Shown here piece by piece: positions 57,101 through 64,000 of a stretch of 64,000 nucleotides of DNA. Position numbers and translations under genes: made by a program. The stretch comes from Micavibrio sp. (GTDB lineage Bacteria > Pseudomonadota > Alphaproteobacteria > UBA2400). The stretch covers positions 246-64,245 of the forward strand of contig JBEIQE010000010.1 of the NCBI GenBank assembly GCA_040376705.1, read 5' to 3'. The notes beneath the pieces are model-generated. The model had not been told where the DNA came from. It searched no databases and saw nothing but the letters and a program-made list of their open reading frames with translations. Within the stretch, counting starts at the first letter, position 1; each line of letters begins with the position of its first letter.

Positions 57101-60041
57101 CTGTAAGGGCGATGGTGCCTGCCGCACCTGCAAGACCCATAGAAGTTCCGGTATTAAAGCCGCGAATGCCTAGATCGCCAGTTCCTGTAAGCGCTGCATT
57201 GATGGCTATATCGACATTGCTAACCAGACTGAGCGCGTTAGCAGCCATGCTCTGCTGACCATTGATGGTGATGGTGCCTGTATTTGTGACAACTGTCAGC
57301 TGATCCTGCCAGCTTGCAGCATTCATCGTCACTGCACCTGTTGAGGTCGTGCTGCTAAGCGTAATCGTACTCCAGCCATTCGTGAGGAAGCCCAGTTCGG
57401 TAGTGGTTAAGCCAATCGTACCCGCACCGCCGCCTACGCCTATAGTTGTAGCATTATTGGCGCCCTGAAAAACTAGACTATTACTGCCCGTTAGTGCTGC
57501 ATTGATAACAGGATCTGCATTGGTTGTAAAAGTAAGGCTGTTGCCAGTTGTCATGGTCTGGGTGCCATTTATCGTTATGACACCTGTGTGGCTACGATAA
57601 GTAAGCGGGTCATTCCATGTCGCGGCATTTGCAGTAATGGCACCAGTGCCTAGAAGGTTTCCGATATTGATGCCCGCCCAGCCATTGGTAATAAAAGCCA
57701 GCTCGGCAGTAGATAAGCCTATTGTACCTGCAGCTCCGCCAAGACCGATGGTGGTCGCGGGTAATGAATCATTTGCAGAGATTGTGAGCGTACTTGTGCC
57801 AGTTAATGCTGCATTAATGGCAACATCTGCATTTGCATTGACGATCAGGTAGTTGCTACCCATGTTGGTCGCGCCATTGAAATTGATAGTCGAACCGTTA
57901 CTGATTAACTGCATGGGGCTACGCCATGTATAGGCTCCCAGATTTATCTGGCTATTGATTCCGGATGAGGTGCCAAACTGTATGTAATTAAAGCCGGGCT
58001 GAATATAATTCAGTTCGGCAGCAGTCAGATTGATATCACCAGCCTCACCAGCCAGGCCAATATTGGCTCCGTTCACATTAGCGCGGAAAACAAGCGAGCC
58101 TGTGCCACTTAGATTGGCATTAATTGAGGGGTTGGCATTACTGTCGATCACTGTCTGGGAAGCATTGAAATTCTGTGCACCATTGAAAGATACGATACCG
58201 GTATTGGTCAGCAGGCGCGTGGGGGCGGCCAGCAGCCAGTTCATGGCACCGACATTAATATTACCTGTCATGTTTGAGCGGCCGATGTAAATCTGATTAG
58301 TCCAGCTATTTGGGGTAATATTACTGAGGTCAGTCGCGCTTAGTTGTAACGTACCTGTTTGTCCTGCACCAATGCCAATAGATGAAGCTGGATCACGCGG
58401 CTGAATAGTGAGTGTTCCACTCGTGGTGCTGCCAATAGTAGAGTTCAGAACCAGATCGCGCCCAACAGTGAAAGTAAGATTGGAGCCCGATACAGGCGCG
58501 TTGACGATAACATCATTATGCGCGTTAAGCGTAAGCGTATAAATCGAGTTCCAGCTCAATGCATTCGCGATGGTGATATCACCGGCCTGCGTACCGCCTG
58601 TGGTTGTCTGGACTGTGACGCTGCTGGAAGCTAGTGCATTCTGTAATGTCGTCGTATTCAAAATCGACGGGCCGTCATTGAGGGTCGGCTGGAATGGGTT
58701 TGACCCACTGATATTGCTGTTGCTGCCAGTCGATATGACGACATTCGTCGGGTCGAGCAGCAGCGTGCCTACTTGCCCATGTGCTGCTGTGGTATCAACC
58801 GTTCCCGCAAAATCAAGATAGTCGTGGCCTGAAACTTCAACAAAACCCCCGTTACCTGACTGAGTACCGCCACGCGCGCTGATGAGGCCCTGATACATTG
58901 TACTCTCATCGGCCCAAATGATGGCGCGACCACCATTGCCGGTTGTTAATGCATCGGCATTAATGCTGGCTCTCTGAGAGATGTGCGTACGTAGCGCACT
59001 ATAAAGGCTGCTGCCGCCCTGGTATTCACCACCGAGATAAGCCTCGCCACCGCCCGCATCGCCTGAAACATCAATAACCGAATTATCCATGGCGCCGACG
59101 TTATCGCCCGTCACCACAACGCGGCCACCGGTTTCGTCTGCCTGCCGGCCACGCGCCCTGATTGTCCCGCGATTGGTGGTTGTGGTTGTGCCAGTGCGAG
59201 CTGAGGTAGCGGGTATACCACCCAGAACGATAGTACCATTCTTCATGCCAACACTATCGGCCTGCAGCGTCCCTTTGTTTGTGATCAGCGTATCTACGCT
59301 GGTGCGGGCTGTAGCGGCACTCAAAGTCACCCGGCCTCCATCAGCCGTAACTGTGCCATGGTTACTTACGTTTTGCTGCACAGCTGCAGCTGCTTCATCA
59401 GTGATGGCAACACTCAGCAGACCATCGCCAGTGAGGTCAAGCACAAAGCTATCACCCGAGGCCAGTGCTACATGCCCCAGTCGCGCATTGATAACACCAT
59501 TGTTTTCAACGCGCGGCGCCACCAGGCCGACAAGGCCGGCCTCGCGCGCTGTTATGCTGCCATCGTTTATAATCTGCCCTTGCGCATTGCCCGGCTTCGA
59601 GAACTCCAGCTGGCCGTTCATGAAAGCCTGATTATCAATATCTGCAGTACTGGCAATCAGCCCACCAACATCAACCTGCGCACCTTGGGTGAAAAACACG
59701 CCGTTAGGATTGATAATGCCAATACGCCCATTGGCGGTTAGCATCCCTTCGATCTTGCTGGCATCTCCCGTGGTAACACGGTTAAGCGTGAAAGAAGAAG
59801 CACTGGGTTGATGAAATTGAGTATGCTCATTTGGCGCGATATTGAAGTTGCGCCAGTCGATCACGGCTTTGTCGCTGCTCTGCCGGATATCAAGCTTGGT
59901 GCCATTACCTGAGATGGTAGCGCTGCCGCTTACCACTGATCCGTCTTGTGGATTGGCCATGACGTTGCTGGCACCAAGTGCGAGCAGCAATGCGCTCGTA
60001 CTCAGGCCTAAGAGAAGATGCTTGATCTGGTCTCTAGCCAT
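54186..60041 (-). CDS. two-partner-secretion exoprotein (TpsA; filamentous-haemagglutinin-like) with tandem repeats and MBG-type C-terminal domains
   Basis: 1951 aa. Signal peptide ...ALGASNVMA, then a TPS domain (VIDWRNFNI, FTLNRV, GIINPNGVFF). About ten ~100-aa repeats follow, then three YGD/FGN..P (MBG-like) modules near the C-terminus. Confidence 0.9.
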   Translation of the reverse strand: MARDQIKHLLLGLSTSALLLALGASNVMANPQDGSVVSGSATISGNGTKLDIRQSSDKAVIDWRNFNIAPNEHTQFHQPSASSFTLNRVTTGDASKIEGMLTANGRIGIINPNGVFFTQGAQVDVGGLIASTADIDNQAFMNGQLEFSKPGNAQGQIINDGSITAREAGLVGLVAPRVENNGVINARLGHVALASGDSFVLDLTGDGLLSVAITDEAAAAVQQNVSNHGTVTADGGRVTLSAATARTSVDTLITNKGTLQADSVGMKNGTIVLGGIPATSARTGTTTTTNRGTIRARGRQADETGGRVVVTGDNVGAMDNSVIDVSGDAGGGEAYLGGEYQGGSSLYSALRTHISQRASINADALTTGNGGRAIIWADESTMYQGLISARGGTQSGNGGFVEVSGHDYLDFAGTVDTTAAHGQVGTLLLDPTNVVISTGSNSNISGSNPFQPTLNDGPSILNTTTLQNALASSSVTVQTTTGGTQAGDITIANALSWNSIYTLTLNAHNDVIVNAPVSGSNLTFTVGRDLVLNSTIGSTTSGTLTIQPRDPASSIGIGAGQTGTLQLSATDLSNITPNSWTNQIYIGRSNMTGNINVGAMNWLLAAPTRLLTNTGIVSFNGAQNFNASQTVIDSNANPSINANLSGTGSLVFRANVNGANIGLAGEAGDINLTAAELNYIQPGFNYIQFGTSSGINSQINLGAYTWRSPMQLISNGSTINFNGATNMGSNYLIVNANADVAINAALTGTSTLTISANDSLPATTIGLGGAAGTIGLSTAELAFITNGWAGINIGNLLGTGAITANAATWNDPLTYRSHTGVITINGTQTMTTGNSLTFTTNADPVINAALTGSNSLVFQGANNATTIGVGGGAGTIGLTTTELGFLTNGWSTITLSSTTSTGAVTMNAASWQDQLTVVTNTGTITINGQQSMAANALSLVSNVDIAINAALTGTGDLGIRGFNTGTSMGLAGAAGTIALTAAELAFITNGWNSITFGRANNAGAISVGAMSWNDHVIFLSNTGDININGPQNMGANHLTFTTDGDVALGAAVTGSGALTFQGNNNATAIGIAGAAGALNLSTTDLAFITNGWSSINFGSIAGTGAITLNAASWNDPLFLNSNSGVITFNGAQTMSNNNLQITTDADVAINAALSGSANFRIYKTSFASMGIGTGAVGTINLSGTELDYLTDGWGLLEFYSGNADYRAYTWRDNTTFRTNAGIITINGEQTMGSNNLAIFSDVDPVINAALTGTGTLTLAGNQNHITMGLAGATGNFALSAAELDRITNGWSQLIFGTNTSTADMTVNAYSNWRDNVTFRSNTGVITIAGAQSVGANNLAFTTAANPAINAALTGTGTLVFGSNTAATTIGLAGAAGTLNLDSLELGRITNGWNSLVFGTTTSTGALTVDAASWNDAVTLQSGAGVITINGAQTHGANNLTILTDANPAINADVTGSGSLLIQGYLVGTSIGVGAAGTLNLTSAETARFMNWSDITVGRIDGTQPLNIGASNWNDPVTFLSAGNINLTGALTSFGTGTGTSFTLATAAGNFISTGGSINPGTGRYLIYSANPSSDTLTGLTPDFRRFSCTYGGSCPTLGTGNGVLYSYTPTLTALPSAVTIAYGDASPAGNYTAALSGYLGTDAAADVLTGTLIGTSTYVAGTSVPGIYNINHSSGTLASAMGYNVVSYGNNASAITVTKKDVTVDFASTFSRIYGDTNPVLSYSNFIFSPLVGSDTNSLFAGGISVNYGAVNNNTNVGSYGVTATVASTSNYNIISTPATTLTITPRALSVVTQSQSKAFGNPDPQFTGNHNLTAYDDALVSWVYAPLAYTGERGNYVIAATATDNANRLVNYSRTNNYGVMTVTSFLSDYKIVSLLNVMPEPVANYMQLQSQNTITSTAAASALYLSSKTTSASLSVIDGLLSISPILLEKLDISYLRGVSVNQESVTEN
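55398..58505 (-). repeat. about ten diverged tandem ~300-bp (about 100-aa) coding repeats inside the TpsA gene
   Basis: Residues ~513-1549. The unit recurs as INAALTG(T/S)G.L.F.G.....T.IGLAGAAGT..L...EL.FITNGW..I.FG....TGA.T.NAASWND.......N.GVITINGAQ.MG.NNL.F.T.A.P. Confidence 0.8.
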
Positions 60042-60182
60042 TATCTGGATATGCCCCTGAATTATTCTTTCCAGATTGGGCTTACAAGATTGACATAATG
60101 TTAAAGAATCAACGGTATAGGACGGAGAAGATAAGAACTCTGCAATATTGGTGGCACGTAATGAGTAAAATGCGTATTTTGA

Positions 60183-61886
60183 CTAGAATTCATACTGCAG
60201 GTTGAACAGATAGGTCATGTTCTTGCCGTTTCCATAAATGGGACTTTCCACTCTCTGGGTAAGAGGTTTGGCGAGCGTCAAGCTCAGGCTGGCACCGGCA
60301 TATTCAGCCCTCAGGCCCGCTCCTGCTGAGGCAGCAGATTCAGCATCAGTTCCTGAGTCATGATTCCACGCCTTGCCGATGTCGTAGAACACGAAAGGCT
60401 GAAGAGCACGAAAACTTCCTTCAAGCCCATGGTAAGCGAGTTCTATTCCGGCAGCGATACCGGCATCACCTGTAAGCTCGGAGCTTGTGTAACCGCGGCC
60501 AAGCTGTGCTCCACCAAAACCAAACTCTTCCGACGAGAGAAGGGGCGAGAAGGCATATTGGCCCATCACGCTTGTGCGCAGGCTAAAACTCTCTCCGATT
60601 GGATAAAGATATGACAGGCTCAAATCGAGTTTAGTAAAATCGGTACGCCCCTCCAGCCGCGATAAGTCGGTCGACCCGGTAGGGCGAGTGCCAAGCACAT
60701 CTAGACCCTGAGAAATGTTGAAGGTCGAGAAGCCCTGCCCACCCCATAGGTCGCTATCCTGGTAACGCACACCTAAACGCACAACCCGCAGCCGGTCATC
60801 ATAAAAGCGGCTACCATTGGTATCGCTACGGCTGTTATTCAGCTCAAGCCTGCCGGTTAAGTCGAGGCGCATCGCACGCTTGAGCCACAGGGGATATTCA
60901 AGCCCTGCCTGCAGTGAGACGTACTCGCTATCGAGTTCGAGCACACTTAGTGAGTCGCCCGGAATAGACTTGCTGTAATTAATGCTACCGACAACACGAA
61001 GCCCGCTAGCAGAGACAGGAGCAGATTCGGAAAGTGAAAGATAAGCCAACTGCTCGAGACGAGGCGTCACTACTGTAGTTAAAGTAGTTGTGCCCGTAAA
61101 TAATAGCTGATGAGCCATACTCGCTCTACCACTCATTCGCCACGGGCCAACAAAACGTGAGCCTGCATTATCAAGACTGGCCATAAACTGCTGAGGCAAA
61201 GACTTGAAATCTAGTTCCAAACGCACACCACCAGGATGCGCCATGGCAGCTTCGGTCGATAGTGGCGCCAATATACCTTGCACGCTCATGCCGGGAATTT
61301 CATTAAGCAGCAGCAGCTTGGGCTCCAGCTGATGGATATTGAGTGGCCGGATGGCCAATATATCGCGGATGATGGCCTGAGTAGGAAAGTTAGGCGCTTT
61401 TGCACCAATCATCGCAACATCTGCGATGTAGCCTTCAAGAATAACAAGGCTAATCGTACCCTCATTTACTTCCTGTGGTGGAATGATGACTTGCGAAAGT
61501 GTGTAACCATCTTCCTGATATTTCCGCGTCATTCGCGCCGCGAGTTTATAGAGGTCATTAATGCTGATTTCTCGCCCCAGCTCGCTGGCGGCTACCTCCA
61601 GCAAATCAGCCTCTGTGTAAGCCGTATTACCGGTGATTATGATTTTCTGGAGCACGAAGCGGTATTGGTCGCCATTTGGAACAGAATCTGTAGCCGTTAA
61701 GGGCGGTGAAGCGGGTAAGCGAATAACCGGGCCGTTGTGCAGCTCGGTATCTGAAGAAAATGCAGGTGTCTCAATACGCGCAGGATCAACCGTTGAGGGC
61801 ACAGATTGGGCATGGGCTTGCTGAGGTAAGAACAGGCCTCCCAACAGGATTACGCTTCCGACATGTATTGAGCCCTTAAAAGTCAT
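60183..61886 (-). CDS. ShlB/FhaC/HecB-family outer-membrane TpsB transporter
   Basis: Signal peptide MTFKGSIHVGSVILLGGLFLPQQAHA, a POTRA-like N-part, a beta-barrel and a terminal ...LFNLQYEF. Lies 141 nt upstream of TpsA on the same strand. ATG 61886 is preferred to TTG 61913. Confidence 0.9.
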   Translation of the reverse strand: MTFKGSIHVGSVILLGGLFLPQQAHAQSVPSTVDPARIETPAFSSDTELHNGPVIRLPASPPLTATDSVPNGDQYRFVLQKIIITGNTAYTEADLLEVAASELGREISINDLYKLAARMTRKYQEDGYTLSQVIIPPQEVNEGTISLVILEGYIADVAMIGAKAPNFPTQAIIRDILAIRPLNIHQLEPKLLLLNEIPGMSVQGILAPLSTEAAMAHPGGVRLELDFKSLPQQFMASLDNAGSRFVGPWRMSGRASMAHQLLFTGTTTLTTVVTPRLEQLAYLSLSESAPVSASGLRVVGSINYSKSIPGDSLSVLELDSEYVSLQAGLEYPLWLKRAMRLDLTGRLELNNSRSDTNGSRFYDDRLRVVRLGVRYQDSDLWGGQGFSTFNISQGLDVLGTRPTGSTDLSRLEGRTDFTKLDLSLSYLYPIGESFSLRTSVMGQYAFSPLLSSEEFGFGGAQLGRGYTSSELTGDAGIAAGIELAYHGLEGSFRALQPFVFYDIGKAWNHDSGTDAESAASAGAGLRAEYAGASLSLTLAKPLTQRVESPIYGNGKNMTYLFNLQYEF

Positions 61887-62212
61887 TCCCCTAATCTGCC
61901 CCAGAAATACCAATGGGTAAAGTAGCTGCTCTACAGCATACTCGGTGAAAGTGCCTTCAAGGCTTCATAAAACTCGTTGTTTGGGAAAAAAGAAGCGAGC
62001 TGTGACTCTCATACAAGCATGCCTTGAGAAGAAGAGTGAGCTCTTTGAAAGCATGAGCCTTACGCGGCTAAGGCAACAGGTGTTATCGTTTGCATGGAGT
62101 TGATGCCACCAGGTTATATTGTCATTTATGTACACACCATGACACATGAAGATGCTACCGCACTGCAAGATCATGATACATTCCCCACATGGGTGTTCAG
62201 GAAGAAAAAATA

Positions 62213-62842
62213 ATGCTGCAGACTGACCTGTTTAGTGAAGCGTCTGCGGAGAGGTTCATCTCCGTGCCTGGCTTGCAATACTTTAGCAATTACATAGGCG
62301 GGTTTGAGCAGCAGACGTTGCTTGATATTATAGATCAGCAGCTTTGGTTAACCGACCTCAAGCGCCGCGTACAGCATTATGGTTATAAGTATGATTACAA
62401 GGCACGGATGGTAATAGCTGAACTCTATCTTGGCGCACTACCTGACTGGTTGCAGCCGCTCGCACAGCGCCTGCATCAAGACGGGTTATTTAGTGATGCG
62501 CCTGATCAGGCCATCATCAATGAATATATGCCGGGCCAAGGCATCTCACCGCATATTGATTGCGTGCCTTGCTTCGGCAAAGAAGTGGCTTCGCTCAGTT
62601 TGGGATCGGACTGTGTAATGGAGTTCACTCATCCGACACACAGCAAGCAAGTAAAGATGCTTGAGCCTGGCAGTCTGCTCGTATTGTCAGGCCCGGCCCG
62701 ATACGAGTGGCAGCATTGTATTCCGGCGCGCAAGAGTGATGTGGTAGGTAATAATAAAATCATGCGCGCGCGTCGTGTCTCCATAACCTTTAGAAGAGTT
62801 ATGCTGGAAGATAGCGCCACTCATAACGACACACGTGAATAG
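62213..62842 (+). CDS. alkB: Fe(II)/2-oxoglutarate-dependent dioxygenase AlkB
   Basis: HxD in GISPHIDC, a distal His in WQHCIP, and RVSITFR. ATG 62213 (MLQTDLF..., AGGAAG upstream) is preferred; ATG 62189 is also possible. Confidence 0.85.
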   Translation: MLQTDLFSEASAERFISVPGLQYFSNYIGGFEQQTLLDIIDQQLWLTDLKRRVQHYGYKYDYKARMVIAELYLGALPDWLQPLAQRLHQDGLFSDAPDQAIINEYMPGQGISPHIDCVPCFGKEVASLSLGSDCVMEFTHPTHSKQVKMLEPGSLLVLSGPARYEWQHCIPARKSDVVGNNKIMRARRVSITFRRVMLEDSATHNDTRE

Positions 62843-63051
62843 CCCGTGGAGAGAATAAGGTAAAACATTGTGAAATCGATGAAATGAGGCGTTCTCACGT
62901 GTCGCGTGAGGCGCGAAAAGCACCGAAACCGCGGGAGAAAAGGGGACAATTTATCTATTAATATGAATAACTTAGAGAGTGGTGGTGCTGGCAGTCTGCC
63001 GCAACCGCGCTATGCGCGCCTATATCGAACTATCCGCCCGAGTATCGCTAA

Positions 63052-63209
63052 TTCCCGTTGTAACGGGAAAAAATGGGAATTTTTGTGCATATCAGGCCTT
63101 TTATGGCTGACTGGATTGCCCTTAAATATCTGAAATAGCATGCAAGTCCGCTGTCCCCATTCTCGCACCTCTCGCAAAACAACGGGAATTATAAAAGCTG
63201 AAACGGGAA
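63052..63209. repeat. cluster of AACGGGAA motifs, including a perfect dyad TTCCCGTT-GT-AACGGGAA
   Basis: Dyad at 63052-63069, direct copies at 63181-63188 and 63202-63209, and a degenerate ATGGGAAT at 63073-63080. All lie in a non-coding A+T-rich stretch. Confidence 0.6.
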
Positions 63210-63698
63210 ATTATCTTTGATGCGGAAGCTAGTAGCCGGAATCTTAGCCTTTGAACGGCTCAGGCGGGCAGTTTTTTCTTGTATGAATAATCAGTGTCAT
63301 AGATTTTTGAGCGTCTCTAGGTGGGTGCCAAGATGAATGATCTGCGCCGGATGTCTAGTGGTAGAATACAAGCTCTGAATTCTCGGGTTTGTTCATGATG
63401 GTAATTCCTTTGTACTGGCACCACTAGTTCCAGTCCCCTGACGCCAGCGCCCGCCTAGCTTTTGATAGCGGGGCTTTGATGACTTCAGCAACGCTTGCTC
63501 CAACACAATAGTCAAGCAGACTTTGTATATCCGGAAGGTAATCTGGTTACTAGAGATGCAGAAGTAGTGATTTGAGCAGATATTAATAACAGCATACGGC
63601 TATAATGTTTTCCAGAATGTGAACATTTTATACTCGACGTAAGGTTGAATCATGGCTAGGGTGCGCTCGGGTAAAATAATACGAGTATAAAAGCGGGC

Positions 63699-64000
63699 AT
63701 GTCAGAACAACCAAGCGTCACTCCTCTCAAGAAGCGTTCGCTCAAGTGGCTTGTATATCTATTCCCGCTCTGGCTGCCAGTGTTGCTGTATATAGGGTTT
63801 GAGTGGTTTATCGACCCGTTTCCTAACAGCATCTGGGCGCTGCGCGTGCTCAATACCAAATACCTCGTCCATGTGCGTGCCGATCTGACCATCGATGGCG
63901 AACCGCTGGTCATGGAGCGGACGTTCAGGTGTTTTGAGCCGGTGGATTATCACTGGTTCCCGGGTAGTTTCCGAAGGGGAAATGTTTTCAGCAGCAACGG
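63699..64000 (+). CDS. hypothetical membrane protein, 3' end beyond window edge
   Basis: Not in the track (no stop before the edge). Hand translation gives MSEQPSVTPLKKRSLKWLVYLFPLWLPVLLYIGFEWFIDPF...VHVRADLTIDGEPLVMERTFRCFEPVDYHWFPG. It lies antisense to two short track ORFs that look spurious. Confidence 0.5.
   Translation, partial: MSEQPSVTPLKKRSLKWLVYLFPLWLPVLLYIGFEWFIDPFPNSIWALRVLNTKYLVHVRADLTIDGEPLVMERTFRCFEPVDYHWFPGSFRRGNVFSSN

Noticed and set aside
55398-58505. Regularly spaced repeats that might have been a CRISPR array or a non-coding satellite.
   Set aside because: The period is ~300 bp and the repeats are diverged. They lie in one uninterrupted 1951-codon reading frame with a clear protein-level consensus, so they are coding repeats of TpsA.
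62906-63133. 75-aa ORF in the long non-coding stretch after alkB.
   Set aside because: It has no RBS and Arg/Gly/Asn-rich low-complexity sequence. It runs straight through the AACGGGAA dyad, so it is more plausibly a non-coding regulatory region.
63135-63165. RNase P RNA-like motif (GCAAGTCCGCTGTCCCC versus the conserved GAAAGUCCGGGCUCC).
   Set aside because: There is only a partial match to one short element. None of the other conserved RNase P helices or the expected ~350-400-nt structured context is apparent.
63344-63395. tRNA gene or tRNA 3'-end att site (GCGCCGGATGTCTAGTGGTAGAATAC...).
   Set aside because: Only an acceptor/D-arm-like 5' part is present. I could not fold an anticodon stem, and there is no GGTTCGAATCC-type T-arm on either strand. 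It is kept only as a possible scar in the finding on 62843-63698.
63656-63953. Two minus-strand ORFs (85 and 64 aa) at the right edge.
   Set aside because: Both are antisense to a longer open plus-strand frame starting at ATG 63699. That frame has a membrane-protein-like N-terminus and continues beyond the window.

Overview
This 64-kb chromosomal window looks alphaproteobacterial, judging by the gene orders aroB-aroK/xerD/accA and ffs-dnaX-ybaB-recR and a short 4.5S-type SRP RNA. All functional calls come from motif recognition in the supplied translations and the raw DNA; no database search was possible.

The left ~38 kb is G+C-rich core genome: shikimate genes, xerD, accA, rmuC, recR/ybaB/dnaX, leucine dehydrogenase, comM, hisA, hslO, argD and recX. 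Several accessory items are interspersed:
- a UbiA/DprE1/DprE2-type polyprenyl-phospho-arabinose cassette, followed by a stand-alone ClpA/B-NBD1-like AAA+ ATPase
- a DUF2339 giant membrane protein
- an orphan prepilin
- a 564-aa protein built from three internal repeats
- an NMNAT-like nucleotidyltransferase next to a PcfJ-like protein

From ~38.2 kb to the right edge the DNA is visibly more A+T-rich and all accessory. It holds:
- an acyltransferase-3 gene, a GAF protein and an esterase
- a SOUL/photolyase/FAD-oxidoreductase/DUF3429 cluster
- an SbtA-like permease with a LysR regulator
- a co-directional TerC-TerC-DedA-TelA-like block ending in two uncharacterised membrane-anchored coiled-coil proteins
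- a second orphan prepilin
- a two-partner secretion pair whose 1951-aa exoprotein carries about ten tandem ~100-aa repeats plus MBG-type domains
- alkB
- an 850-bp non-coding stretch with an ACGGGAA motif cluster

No integrase, transposase, CRISPR array, rRNA or complete tRNA was seen. Three genes (dnaX, argD, acyltransferase-3) are each broken by a single-nucleotide indel, two of them in homopolymer runs. This points to consensus errors rather than biology.

My best candidate for an undescribed system is the translationally coupled TelA-like + 130-aa + 454-aa module at 49.9-52.9 kb, within the TerC/DedA block. Runners-up are the arabinose cassette with its attached AAA+ ATPase, and the TPS locus with its trailing prepilin.
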